DNA of 64,000 bases, taken from positions 13,170 to 77,169 of the forward strand of contig JBJTUA010000022.1 of NCBI GenBank assembly GCA_046080445.1, in the 5' to 3' direction. The position numbers were made by a program, and so were the translations under genes. Below, piece after piece: positions 53,367 through 63,928 of the stretch. The number at the start of each line of letters is the position of its first letter. The first letter of the stretch is position 1. The notes under the pieces are model-generated. The model had not been told where the DNA came from. It saw only the letters and a list, made by a program, of their open reading frames with translations, and ran no database searches. The stretch comes from Gammaproteobacteria bacterium (GTDB taxonomy: Bacteria; Pseudomonadota; Gammaproteobacteria; Steroidobacterales; Steroidobacteraceae).

Positions 53367-53373
53367 GGGGTGA

Positions 53374-54899
<1,526 letters not shown>

Positions 54900-54920
54900 G
54901 GATCGGTATGATGCCACCTC

Positions 54921-55925
54921 ATGAACAAACCTGCGCACCCGACCGCAGCGCCCGGCGAGGCCGAGCGTCTCATCGCCGCCGGACGACGAGCCCTCTCCAC
55001 CGAGGCTCGGGGCGTCGCCGCCCTCGAAGCTCGGCTCGGGTCGGCCTTCGCGGCAGCGTGCCGACTCTGCCTCGACTGCCGGGGCCGCGTCGTTGTCACG
55101 GGCATGGGTAAGTCCGGTCATATCGCCGGCAAGATCGCTGCGACCCTGGCGAGCACCGGCACGCCGGCGTTTTTCATGCATCCCGCTGAAGCCAGTCATG
55201 GCGATCTCGGCATGATCACGCGCGACGACGTCGTGCTCGCGCTCTCCAACTCCGGCGAGACGCCCGAAATTCTCGCGCTGCTCGCCCCGATCGCGCGGCT
55301 GGGCGTGCCGCTCATCGCACTCACGGGCAATGCTGGCTCCACGCTCGCGCGCGAAGCGCGCGCCCACCTCGATGTCGGAGTGGCCGAAGAAGCCTGCCCG
55401 CTCAACCTTGCGCCGACCGCGAGCACCACCGCCACGCTCGCCATGGGCGATGCCCTTGCAGTGGCGCTGCTCGAGTCGCGAGGCTTCACGACCGAGGATT
55501 TCGCGCGCTCGCATCCGGGCGGTTCGCTCGGTCGCAGGCTGTTGCTGCGCGTGTCCGATGTCATGCGCAGCGGCGACGCCGTACCGCGCGTGGGACCCGA
55601 CACCAGCATGGCCGACGGTCTGCTCGAAATGTCGCGCAAGGGTCTCGGCATGACGGTGGTGGTGGACGAGGCAGGCCGTGCCTTGGGTGTGTACACCGAC
55701 GGTGACCTGCGTCGCTCGCTCGATCGACGCATTGACGTCCACGCAGCGCGGATGCGCGAGGTGATGACGACACCGTGCAAACACATCGGCGAGCACGAAC
55801 TTGCCGCCGAGGCGGTTCATCTCATGGAAACCCATCGGATCACCTCGCTGCCGGTCGTGAACGCGGCCGGCGTGCTCGTCGGCGCGCTCAATGTGCACGA
55901 CCTGCTGCGCAGCGGCGTGATGTGA
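54921..55925 (+). CDS. kdsD: arabinose-5-phosphate isomerase KdsD (SIS + tandem CBS)
   Basis: 334 aa, VVVTGMGKSGHIAGKIAATLASTGTPAFFMHPAEASHGDLGMI..., with a C-terminal CBS pair. Confidence 0.95.
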   Translation: MNKPAHPTAAPGEAERLIAAGRRALSTEARGVAALEARLGSAFAAACRLCLDCRGRVVVTGMGKSGHIAGKIAATLASTGTPAFFMHPAEASHGDLGMITRDDVVLALSNSGETPEILALLAPIARLGVPLIALTGNAGSTLAREARAHLDVGVAEEACPLNLAPTASTTATLAMGDALAVALLESRGFTTEDFARSHPGGSLGRRLLLRVSDVMRSGDAVPRVGPDTSMADGLLEMSRKGLGMTVVVDEAGRALGVYTDGDLRRSLDRRIDVHAARMREVMTTPCKHIGEHELAAEAVHLMETHRITSLPVVNAAGVLVGALNVHDLLRSGVM

Positions 55926-56494
55926 ACGGACGGCTCGTCTTGCACGCACCTGCTCTCAAAGATTTCGTGACCCTCGCCGTCGTCGCATCGACGCTCGTCG
56001 GCTGCAGCTCGGGTACGGACGGCACAACGGTGCTGGCCGAGGACGCTCGAGACCCGGGTTATTCGGCCACCGATGCCGAGATCATCCAGACGGGGGCTGA
56101 TGGTCAAACGAGGTATCGCCTGCAGGCCGCGCGTATCGAACAAAACCCGGTTTCCCTCGAAACCCGTATCGAAGACTTGCGAATCGAAACGCGAACGGGC
56201 GACGCCAACGTCTGGCGCGTCTCGGCACCGCGGGGCGTGCTGTCACGCGACTCTCGGCAGATCAAACTGGAAGGGGGCGTTGCGCTGGCGGGCAGCACGG
56301 CCGATGCCGCCGGACCGCTGCAGATGCGTACCGAGACGCTGCAATACGATCTCGAGTCGGCGCGCGTGCGAACGAATGGCGAGGTACGCCTGACCATGCA
56401 AGGCCAAGAGTTGTCGGCGACCGGCCTCGATGCCAATCTGCGTACCCGACAAGTCCAACTGCGATCCGACGTTCAGGGGCGCTTTTCGCGCTGA
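55922..56494 (+). CDS. lptC: LPS export protein LptC (predicted lipobox instead of a plain TM anchor)
   Basis: The GTG at 55922 overlaps the kdsD stop (GTGA). The sequence is VNGRLVLHAPALKDFVTLAVVASTLVGCSSG... followed by an LptC/OstA-like beta-jellyroll region. Located before lptA-lptB. The upstream part of the track ORF overlaps kdsD and was rejected. Confidence 0.8.
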   Translation: MNGRLVLHAPALKDFVTLAVVASTLVGCSSGTDGTTVLAEDARDPGYSATDAEIIQTGADGQTRYRLQAARIEQNPVSLETRIEDLRIETRTGDANVWRVSAPRGVLSRDSRQIKLEGGVALAGSTADAAGPLQMRTETLQYDLESARVRTNGEVRLTMQGQELSATGLDANLRTRQVQLRSDVQGRFSR

Positions 56495-56498
56495 TCCC

Positions 56499-57146
56499 AT
56501 GCACCGCACCCACGATCGCCCTACCACTCAAAATTCTTTGACGAGTCTGCTGTGCATGCTCGTGACCCTGTTTGTGTTGTGGCCCACCCTCGCCAGTGCC
56601 GATGAGCCTCAGGCGCAAAGCGTTCCGACGCAGAGCGGCGACATCACGCTCGATGCGGCCTCTTCCGAAGTGGACTATCGAGCCAACGCCCTGCTCTTTC
56701 GCGACATCATCATTACGCAAGGAAAGGTTCGTGTCGTGGCGCAGCGAGCCCGCTCAACCGGACTCGATTTCGACGACTCGACGTGGACGTTAAGCGGCGC
56801 GGTACGCATCGACGTCGATGGCGGAATGCTGACCTCCGAAGACGCCTCGGTCACCTTCCAGGACAATCGCATCGTCAGCGCCAGCATTCGCGGCAAGCCC
56901 GCCGAGTTCTCGCAGCAACTCAAGGACGGCGGTCGCGCACGCGGTCGCGCCGGCAGCATTTTGTATGACATGACGGCCTCGACCGTGACACTGCGCGGCG
57001 AAGCCTGGCTGAGCGACGATGGGCGCAGCGAAATCCGTGGCGACCAATTGGTCTACAACGTGCGCGAGCAACGCGTACAAGCGGGCAAGCCCGCGGGCAG
57101 CGACGAGCGCGTCCGCATCATCATCCGGCCGCGGGCGAACCCATGA
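56499..57146 (+). CDS. lptA: periplasmic LPS transport protein LptA
   Basis: From ATG 56499 the signal peptide is ...[14 protein letters not shown]. It has OstA-like repeats ([27 protein letters not shown]...). Located between lptC and lptB. Confidence 0.9.
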   Translation: MHRTHDRPTTQNSLTSLLCMLVTLFVLWPTLASADEPQAQSVPTQSGDITLDAASSEVDYRANALLFRDIIITQGKVRVVAQRARSTGLDFDDSTWTLSGAVRIDVDGGMLTSEDASVTFQDNRIVSASIRGKPAEFSQQLKDGGRARGRAGSILYDMTASTVTLRGEAWLSDDGRSEIRGDQLVYNVREQRVQAGKPAGSDERVRIIIRPRANP

Positions 57147-57865
57147 TTCTTCGCGCCTCGCACCTCGCCAAGTCTTACGGCAAGCGTGTCGTCGTTCGCG
57201 ACCTGTCGCTCGAGGTCAAAGCCGGTGAAATCGTCGGTCTTCTTGGCCCGAACGGCGCCGGCAAGACCACCGCGTTCTACATGATCGTCGGCCTCGTACC
57301 GGCTGACGCCGGAAGCATCGACCTCGGCGATCAGGATCTGACGCACGCGCCCATTCACCTGCGCGCAAAAGCCGGTATCGGCTATCTGCCGCAGGAGGCT
57401 TCAATTTTTCGCCGCCTGTCGGTCGAAGACAACGTTCGCGCCATCCTCGAGACGCGTGCAGAGCTCGATGCCGAGCAGCGTGCCGAACGCTGCGAACAGA
57501 TTTTGGCGGACCTGCGTATCGATCACGTTCGACTGTCGCTCGGCATGTCGCTGTCGGGCGGTGAACGGCGTCGCGTCGAAATCGCCCGCGCCCTCGCGGC
57601 AAACCCGAAGTTTCTGCTGCTCGATGAGCCCTTTGCCGGCGTCGATCCACTCTCGGTCGCCGATATCCAACGCATTATTCGCGAGCTCGCCGATCGCGGG
57701 ATCGGCATCCTCATCACCGATCACAACGTCCGGGAAACTCTGGGCGTTTGCGCGCGCTCGTACATCATCGGCGACGGTACGGTGATCGCTTCCGGTTCCG
57801 CTGCGGAAATCCTTGCCAATCCACGCGTGCGTGAGGTGTACTTGGGCGAGTCCTTTCACCTCTAG
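57143..57865 (+). CDS. lptB: LPS export ABC transporter ATPase LptB
   Basis: 240 aa with Walker [10 protein letters not shown], signature LSGGERRR and Walker [10 protein letters not shown]. Confidence 0.98.
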   Translation: MILRASHLAKSYGKRVVVRDLSLEVKAGEIVGLLGPNGAGKTTAFYMIVGLVPADAGSIDLGDQDLTHAPIHLRAKAGIGYLPQEASIFRRLSVEDNVRAILETRAELDAEQRAERCEQILADLRIDHVRLSLGMSLSGGERRRVEIARALAANPKFLLLDEPFAGVDPLSVADIQRIIRELADRGIGILITDHNVRETLGVCARSYIIGDGTVIASGSAAEILANPRVREVYLGESFHL

Positions 57866-57915
57866 GATCGTTCTCGCGGCGCCGGCAGCGCCGCCCCGCA
57901 CAGCAAGACACGCCG

Positions 57916-59343
57916 ATGCTCAAGCAATCCCTGCAACTCAAGCTCGGTCAGTCGCTGACCATGACGCCGCAGTTGCAGCAGGCCATCCGCCTCCTGCAGA
58001 TGCCGACGCTCGAACTGCAGGCGCATATTGCCGAGGTGCTCGAGACCAACGTGATGCTCGAGCAGGAAGACCCCGAAGACGAGGTCGAGCTCGAAGCGCA
58101 TTTCACGGCCGCCCAGAATGAACCCGATCTGTCGCAGACCGAACCGGTCGAAGTCGAGGTCGTCGAGCAGCCTTGGGCCGATCGACCCGGTACGGGTAGC
58201 GACTCGGCGCGCCCCGAAGATGACGAGCAAGCCGATCGTGACATCGTCGACGAACGAGGCGAATCGCTGCGTGATCATCTGCTCACCCAACTCGAAATCG
58301 CCGGACTCTCCGACGATGATCTCTCCGTGGCGGCAGCGCTCGTCGATGCCCTGAACGACGACGGTTATCTCGCCGAATCTTTGACCGAAATCGGCGACAC
58401 GCTTCGACCCGAAATTGATTGGGACGACGAGGAAATCGAGCGAGTGCTCTTGCTCGTGCAGACGCTCGAGCCGGTTGGCGTGGGCGCGCGCAATCTCGCC
58501 GAGTGCCTCGCCATTCAACTCGCACAGCTCGACCCGGCTACGCCCGGGCTTGCCCTTGCGCGCCGCATCGCCGAACAACACCTCGACTTGCTCGCGCACC
58601 GCGACCCCTCGGCGTTACGACAAGCTACGGCTGCCGAGGAGGACGAACTCGCCGCAGCGATCGCGCTCGTGCGCTCCTGTCATCCTCGACCCGGTTCGCT
58701 GGTCAGCGCCGCGAAACCCGAATATGTCGTTCCTGATGTGTTCGTTCGACGCAAAGGTAAAGGCTGGGTCGTCGAACTGAACCCCGGGACGATGCCCCGG
58801 ATTCGGGTCAATCAGGAGTATGCGGGCATGCTCGGCCGCGGTCGGACCCACACCACCCTGCACACGCAGCTACAGGAAGCGCGCTGGCTGCTGAAGAGCC
58901 TCGAGATCCGCAACGACACCCTGACCAAGGTCGCCCGCGCCATCGTCGAGCGGCAGACCGATTTTCTCAATCAGGGCGACGAGTACATGCGGCCGATGAT
59001 CCTGAAGGACATCGCCACCGCCATCAGTATGCATGAGTCGACCATCTCGCGCGTCACCTCCGGGAAATACATGCATACCCCGCGGGGCGTCTACGAGCTG
59101 CGGTACTTCTTTTCGAGTCAGGTGGAAGGTGGCGATGGCCAGGGCACCTCCTCCACCGCCATCCGGGCAAAAATTCGCAAGCTGATCCGCGAAGAAGACC
59201 CGGCCAATCCGTTGTCAGACAGCCGCCTTGCCGAAATTCTCTCAGGCGAGGGCATCCCCGTGGCCCGCCGCACGGTGGCGAAGTACCGAGAGGGGTTAGG
59301 AATCGAGTCTTCGGCCGAGCGCAAGAAGGCCAATTCGCGTTAA
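57916..59343 (+). CDS. rpoN: RNA polymerase sigma-54 factor
   Basis: 475 aa, MLKQSLQLKLGQSLTMTPQLQQAIRLLQ..., with the C-terminal RpoN box ARRTVAKYRE. Confidence 0.98.
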   Translation: MLKQSLQLKLGQSLTMTPQLQQAIRLLQMPTLELQAHIAEVLETNVMLEQEDPEDEVELEAHFTAAQNEPDLSQTEPVEVEVVEQPWADRPGTGSDSARPEDDEQADRDIVDERGESLRDHLLTQLEIAGLSDDDLSVAAALVDALNDDGYLAESLTEIGDTLRPEIDWDDEEIERVLLLVQTLEPVGVGARNLAECLAIQLAQLDPATPGLALARRIAEQHLDLLAHRDPSALRQATAAEEDELAAAIALVRSCHPRPGSLVSAAKPEYVVPDVFVRRKGKGWVVELNPGTMPRIRVNQEYAGMLGRGRTHTTLHTQLQEARWLLKSLEIRNDTLTKVARAIVERQTDFLNQGDEYMRPMILKDIATAISMHESTISRVTSGKYMHTPRGVYELRYFFSSQVEGGDGQGTSSTAIRAKIRKLIREEDPANPLSDSRLAEILSGEGIPVARRTVAKYREGLGIESSAERKKANSR

Positions 59344-59367
59344 CCTTGATCTCATCAGGAGGATGTC

Positions 59368-59685
59368 ATGCAGATCGCCATCACCGGCCACCATGTCGTC
59401 GTCACCGACTCCATGCGTGCCTACGTTCACAAAAAAATGGACCGTATCGTTCGTCACTTCGATCATCTCATCGACGTTCACTTCGTGTTGTCCGTCGAAA
59501 AACTTCGGCAACGGGCCGAGGCCACGCTGAAAGTTCGCGGCGGTGACATTCACGCCGATGCCGATGCGGAAGACATGTATGCCGCCATCGATGCACTGGT
59601 CGACAAACTCGATCGGCTGGTCAAAAAGCGCAAAGAAAAAACCACCGATCATCACGCCGAGGAAGGACGACGGGCGCGTCACTGA
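59368..59685 (+). CDS. hpf: ribosome hibernation promoting factor (short HPF)
   Basis: 105 aa, MQIAITGHHVVVTDSMRAYVHKKMDRI.... AGGAGG Shine-Dalgarno sequence upstream. Located directly after rpoN. Confidence 0.93.
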   Translation: MQIAITGHHVVVTDSMRAYVHKKMDRIVRHFDHLIDVHFVLSVEKLRQRAEATLKVRGGDIHADADAEDMYAAIDALVDKLDRLVKKRKEKTTDHHAEEGRRARH

Positions 59686-59709
59686 CGCCGTCCGAGTCCC
59701 GCTCTACGC

Positions 59710-60591
59710 TTGTCTGTACCTCTGCGACTCATTCTGGTCAGCGGGCTCTCCGGAGCGGGCAAGAGCGTCGTCCTCAATGCGCTCGAGGATCTCGGCTATC
59801 GCTGTGTCGACAATCTTCCGGCCTCGATGCTCGAGTCCTTCGTGTCGCACGTGTTTCGCGAAGGCGCCTCAGCGCAAACCGTCGCGATCGGTATCGATGC
59901 CCGAGATACGAGTGAAGGCCTCGACGGCATCCCCACCACCATCGAACAGCTCAGGCGCAGCGGCGTTCGCTGCGAACTGCTCGTAGTCACCGCGTCCGAC
60001 GGCGAATTGCTGCGTCGCTTCGGCGAGACCAAGCGACGTCATCCGCTCTCGCGCGAAGGACATAACCTCCAGGATGCCGTGACGCGCGAGCGCGCCTTGC
60101 TCGATCCGGTCATCCAAGCCGCCGATCTTGTCGTCGACACCACGCACATGGGGGTGCACGAACTGCGCGATGCCATCGTCCAGCGCATCGATCAGCGTCG
60201 CGGCATGGAGTTGTCGGTCACGCTGGTGTCGTTCGGGTTCAAGCACGGTGTGCCGGGCGACTGCGATTTCGTCTTCGACGTCCGCATGCTGCCGAACCCC
60301 TATTGGACGATCCCGTTGCGGGCACTCACGGGCCGCGATCAGCCCGTCATCAATTACCTCAATGAGCAGCCAGCCGTCGGCGCCATGCTCGATGAACTGC
60401 AACAGTTCATCTCGCGGCGCATCGAAGACCATGGCGCCGCTCGACGTCGTTATCTCACGGTCGGCATCGGCTGCACGGGCGGACAACACCGTTCGGTTTA
60501 CCTCGTCGATCGCCTCGCCGAGCGCCTGCGCGGCAAATCACCGACGCTCGCCGTACGTCACAGCTCGCTCGTTCATGCGGGTGCGTCGTGA
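59710..60591 (+). CDS. rapZ: RNase adapter protein RapZ (YhbJ)
   Basis: LILVSGLSGAGKSVVLNALEDLGYRCVDNLP...GCTGGQHRSV. The TTG start is as called by the track and is uncertain. Confidence 0.93.
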   Translation: MSVPLRLILVSGLSGAGKSVVLNALEDLGYRCVDNLPASMLESFVSHVFREGASAQTVAIGIDARDTSEGLDGIPTTIEQLRRSGVRCELLVVTASDGELLRRFGETKRRHPLSREGHNLQDAVTRERALLDPVIQAADLVVDTTHMGVHELRDAIVQRIDQRRGMELSVTLVSFGFKHGVPGDCDFVFDVRMLPNPYWTIPLRALTGRDQPVINYLNEQPAVGAMLDELQQFISRRIEDHGAARRRYLTVGIGCTGGQHRSVYLVDRLAERLRGKSPTLAVRHSSLVHAGAS

Positions 60592-61937
60592 GCGTCGTCA
60601 GTCGCAAAGAGGCGCGGCTCGCCGCGCTTAGAGAGGCGCTCGACTCGGGTACCTTGCGACCCGCGCAGCGCATGGTGTCCGCGCTGCATCCGGCCGAGAT
60701 CGCCCTGCTGCTCGAATCCGTGCCGCCACGACAGCGCGAAGTCGTATGGAGCATGGTCGATTCCGAAATCGAAGGCGACGTTCTCGTCGAGCTCAATGAA
60801 AACGTTCGCCAGGAACTCATCGAGGAAATGGAGGCCGAGGAACTCGTCGCCGCCGCCGAAAACCTCGAGCTCGATGACCTCGCCGATCTCGTCGGCGATT
60901 TACCGGAGACGGTCACCCGCCAGGTGCTGCGGTCGATGGACCAGCGCGACCGCGAACGACTGCGCAACGTGCTCTCCTGGCCGGAGGACAGCGCCGGCGG
61001 CCTGATGAACACCGACACGGTGAGCGTCCGCGCCGACGTCTCGCTCGAAGTCGTGCTGCGCTACCTGCGCATGCGCGGCGAATTGCCGACGCGCACCGAC
61101 AGCTTGTTCGTGGTCGATCGCGACGATCGTTACCTCGGCACCGTGCCGCTCACGCGCATCATCACGGGCGATTCAGACGATCTCGTCGGCGAGAGTCTCG
61201 ACACCGAAGCGCCCCGCATCGAACCCGAAACAGCCGCGCACGAAGTCGCTCAGCTCTTCCAGGACCGCGATCTCGTCTCGGCAGCCGTAGTCGGCAGCGA
61301 GGGCAAACTGCTCGGGCGTATCACCGTCGACGACGTCGTCGACGTCATTCGCGAAGAAGCCGAACACTCGGTGCTCTCGATGGCAGGCCTGCAGGACGAC
61401 GAAGATCTTTTCGCCGGCATCGTCACCTCCACCCGACGCCGATTACTTTGGCTCGGCATCAATCTGCTCACGGCGTTTATGGCTGCGGCCGTGGTCAAAA
61501 ATTTCGAAGGCACCATCGAGAAGGTGGCTGCGCTCGCCGCCCTCATGCCCATCGTCGCCTCCATGGGCGGCATCGCAGGAACGCAGACCGTCACCCTTAT
61601 CATCCGCGGTCTCGCGCTCGGTCAGGTCCAATGGTCGAATGCGCGCTGGTTGCTTTTCAAAGAGGTGGCCGTCGGCGGCGTGAACGGTCTGCTCTGGGCG
61701 CTGGTCGTCGGTGCCGTCACCGTCGTGTGGTTCGACACGTGGCAGATCGCCATCATCATCGCCGCAGCCATGCTCATCAATTTGCTGGCGGCGGCAGCCG
61801 TGGGGGTACTGGTGCCGCTCGCGCTGCGACGCTTCGACATCGACCCCGCGCTGTCGGCGGGCGTCATTCTCACCACCTTCACCGACTGCATCGGCTTCGC
61901 GACGCTGCTCGGCCTCGGCGCGATCTTCCTGGTCTAA
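60588..61937 (+). CDS. mgtE: magnesium transporter MgtE
   Basis: 449 aa with an MgtE N-domain, a CBS pair (PEDSAGGLMNTD..., VVGSEGKLLGRITVDDVVDVI) and 5 C-terminal TMs. The GTG start overlaps the rapZ stop (GTGA). Confidence 0.94.
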   Translation: MSVVSRKEARLAALREALDSGTLRPAQRMVSALHPAEIALLLESVPPRQREVVWSMVDSEIEGDVLVELNENVRQELIEEMEAEELVAAAENLELDDLADLVGDLPETVTRQVLRSMDQRDRERLRNVLSWPEDSAGGLMNTDTVSVRADVSLEVVLRYLRMRGELPTRTDSLFVVDRDDRYLGTVPLTRIITGDSDDLVGESLDTEAPRIEPETAAHEVAQLFQDRDLVSAAVVGSEGKLLGRITVDDVVDVIREEAEHSVLSMAGLQDDEDLFAGIVTSTRRRLLWLGINLLTAFMAAAVVKNFEGTIEKVAALAALMPIVASMGGIAGTQTVTLIIRGLALGQVQWSNARWLLFKEVAVGGVNGLLWALVVGAVTVVWFDTWQIAIIIAAAMLINLLAAAAVGVLVPLALRRFDIDPALSAGVILTTFTDCIGFATLLGLGAIFLV

Positions 61938-61953
61938 GTCACCCGGGCCGGGC

Positions 61954-62829
61954 TCACCCTGCCGCGACCAGTCGTCCGGTCTGATAGTCGCGGATCGCCT
62001 GATCGATTTCTTCGCGCGTGTTCATGACGAAGGGCCCGTACTGCACGATCGGCTCACCGATCGGCGCTGCAGCGAGCAGCAAAAATCGCGCGCCAGCGCT
62101 GCCCGCTTCGACGACGACCGACTCGCCCGCGGAGAGCATGCCGCCGTGCCGCTTCGGCAAGCGCAGCACGTCAGCGCCTGGGCCTTCAGCGGGGTTCGCC
62201 ATCGACAGCTCACCCTCGAAGACATAGAGAAAGACGCTATGCGCGTTCGGCACCGTCTCCGAAAACCGCACGCCGGGCTCGAGGGCGACATCAAAGAAAA
62301 TGGGTTGAGTCGTGATGCCCGTCACCGGTCCACTCACTTTTTTGCCATCGCGCTCGATTGTTCCGGCGATGAGCTTGATCGTAGCGCCGTCGGTCGTGAC
62401 CTCCGGAATGCGCTCAGCCTCGATGTCTTCATAACCGGCCGGACACATTTTCTCGCGGGCTGGGAGATTGATCCAAAGCTGGAACCCTCGCATCAGCTCC
62501 TGCTCTTGTTGAGGCATCTCGGAGTGGATGATGCCGCGACCTGCGGTCATCCATTGAACGCCGCCGCTTTTGAGGTGTCCGCGATGACCGAGATGATCTT
62601 CGTGCAGCATGTGACCTTCGAGCATGTAGGTCACGGTCTGGAAACCCCGATGCGGATGCGAGGGGAATCCCGCGATGTATTCCTCGGGTCGGTCGCTGCC
62701 GAATTCATCGAGCATCAAAAACGGATCGAGGCGTGCAAACCCCGACTGACCGAGACTACGGTACAGCGTCACCCCCGCTCCATCGGAGGTACGCTGTGCC
62801 GCAATGACGCGCTGCAGAACTCGCTGCAC
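61954..62829 (-). CDS. pirin-family bicupin protein
   Basis: 291 aa, GFPSHPHRGFQTVTYMLEGHMLHEDHLGH...GVQWMTAGRGIIHSE (pirin metal-binding His/Glu motif). Confidence 0.93.
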   Translation of the reverse strand: MQRVLQRVIAAQRTSDGAGVTLYRSLGQSGFARLDPFLMLDEFGSDRPEEYIAGFPSHPHRGFQTVTYMLEGHMLHEDHLGHRGHLKSGGVQWMTAGRGIIHSEMPQQEQELMRGFQLWINLPAREKMCPAGYEDIEAERIPEVTTDGATIKLIAGTIERDGKKVSGPVTGITTQPIFFDVALEPGVRFSETVPNAHSVFLYVFEGELSMANPAEGPGADVLRLPKRHGGMLSAGESVVVEAGSAGARFLLLAAAPIGEPIVQYGPFVMNTREEIDQAIRDYQTGRLVAAG

Positions 62830-62845
62830 CTGAGGTCTTTGAGTC

Positions 62846-63880
62846 TTACTTCACCGGCGCAGGCTTTTGGCGCAGCGCATAGTGCTCGAGACTCGAGAGG
62901 CTGCGATCCTCACTCCACTCGGTCGGCGCGTCGAAATACTTGGCGTAGTTCTTGTGCGCGTAATCGAGCACTTGGCGCGAGAGCACCGACTCGAGATCTT
63001 TGGTCGTACCCATGAAGCAGGCGTACTGACAAAAGCCCGGGCGCTGACCCATGAGCATCCACGGCAACCACGGCGTGACGCGGTTCCAGGTGCCCGTGTA
63101 ATCGAGCGTCGTGAGTTTCGGATTTTGCAGATCTTCCACCTTGACGTGGTGGGCGAACATTTCGGAGACCTGCACGATCGGACCTGACGACTCACGCGGC
63201 CATTTATCCGGCTGCAGCGCATTCGGATAGGCAAGATGGATATGGATTTCCATATCCGCCCAGCCACCATGCTGGTACCACGGCATGATGAACGGCACGC
63301 GCGGCGGCGGCGGTCCCTGGTTGAGCCCACCGAACTTCGGCGGCGCCGGGAAGAATTCTTCGATGAGATAGTTGAACGGGTCGTTATCGACGTGAACCGC
63401 TTTCACCATTTCATTGGTGAGCGGGTTCTTCCACTCGTCGAGTACTTCGCCGCTACGCAGATCGGTGTAGACGATGATCTCGCGGCACATGCGGCGGATC
63501 GCGCCGTCCGGACCCTGCGCGAGGCGAATCACGCCAAAGCCGGAAGTGCCCATGAGGTCGACGATCTTTTTATTGGGCTCAACGCCCATGAGGTAGCCCT
63601 TGAACCAAAAATATTTAGGCTTGCCGAAGTCGAGGTCGCCTTGGATGCGCGCATAGGCCAGCTGGTTGCCCTTGCCCGTCGACAGATCGAGGTACGGCCC
63701 CTTGAGACCCGGACCCATGCCATAGCGCGAGGTCGCCAGCGCCGAGGCCATGGCCATCGGACCGCCGAGCGTCATCGAGGCAACCCCTGAAGCGCCAATG
63801 GCGAGCGCGCCGCCCGCACCGCCCGCTGTCGTGAGAAATTCCCGACGACCGGGATGGAGCAAATTGTCTTCGTTCGACAT
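62846..63880 (-). CDS. Tat-signal periplasmic protein of unknown function (DUF1838-like by recollection)
   Basis: 344-aa ORF with the N-terminal twin-arginine motif GRREFLTTAGGAGGALAIGA. The rest is globular with no recognisable catalytic motif. The family assignment is from memory only. Confidence 0.7.
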   Translation of the reverse strand: MSNEDNLLHPGRREFLTTAGGAGGALAIGASGVASMTLGGPMAMASALATSRYGMGPGLKGPYLDLSTGKGNQLAYARIQGDLDFGKPKYFWFKGYLMGVEPNKKIVDLMGTSGFGVIRLAQGPDGAIRRMCREIIVYTDLRSGEVLDEWKNPLTNEMVKAVHVDNDPFNYLIEEFFPAPPKFGGLNQGPPPPRVPFIMPWYQHGGWADMEIHIHLAYPNALQPDKWPRESSGPIVQVSEMFAHHVKVEDLQNPKLTTLDYTGTWNRVTPWLPWMLMGQRPGFCQYACFMGTTKDLESVLSRQVLDYAHKNYAKYFDAPTEWSEDRSLSSLEHYALRQKPAPVK

Positions 63881-63928
63881 GTCAGTAACCCCCAGATACT
63901 AAAAATTGTTGGAATCACGTGAACGCGA

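Noticed and set aside
61938-61953. cccgggccggg between mgtE and pirin as a bidirectional terminator
   Set aside because: The 5-bp arms are separated by a single nucleotide, so no hairpin loop can form. This is probably just GC-rich spacer.
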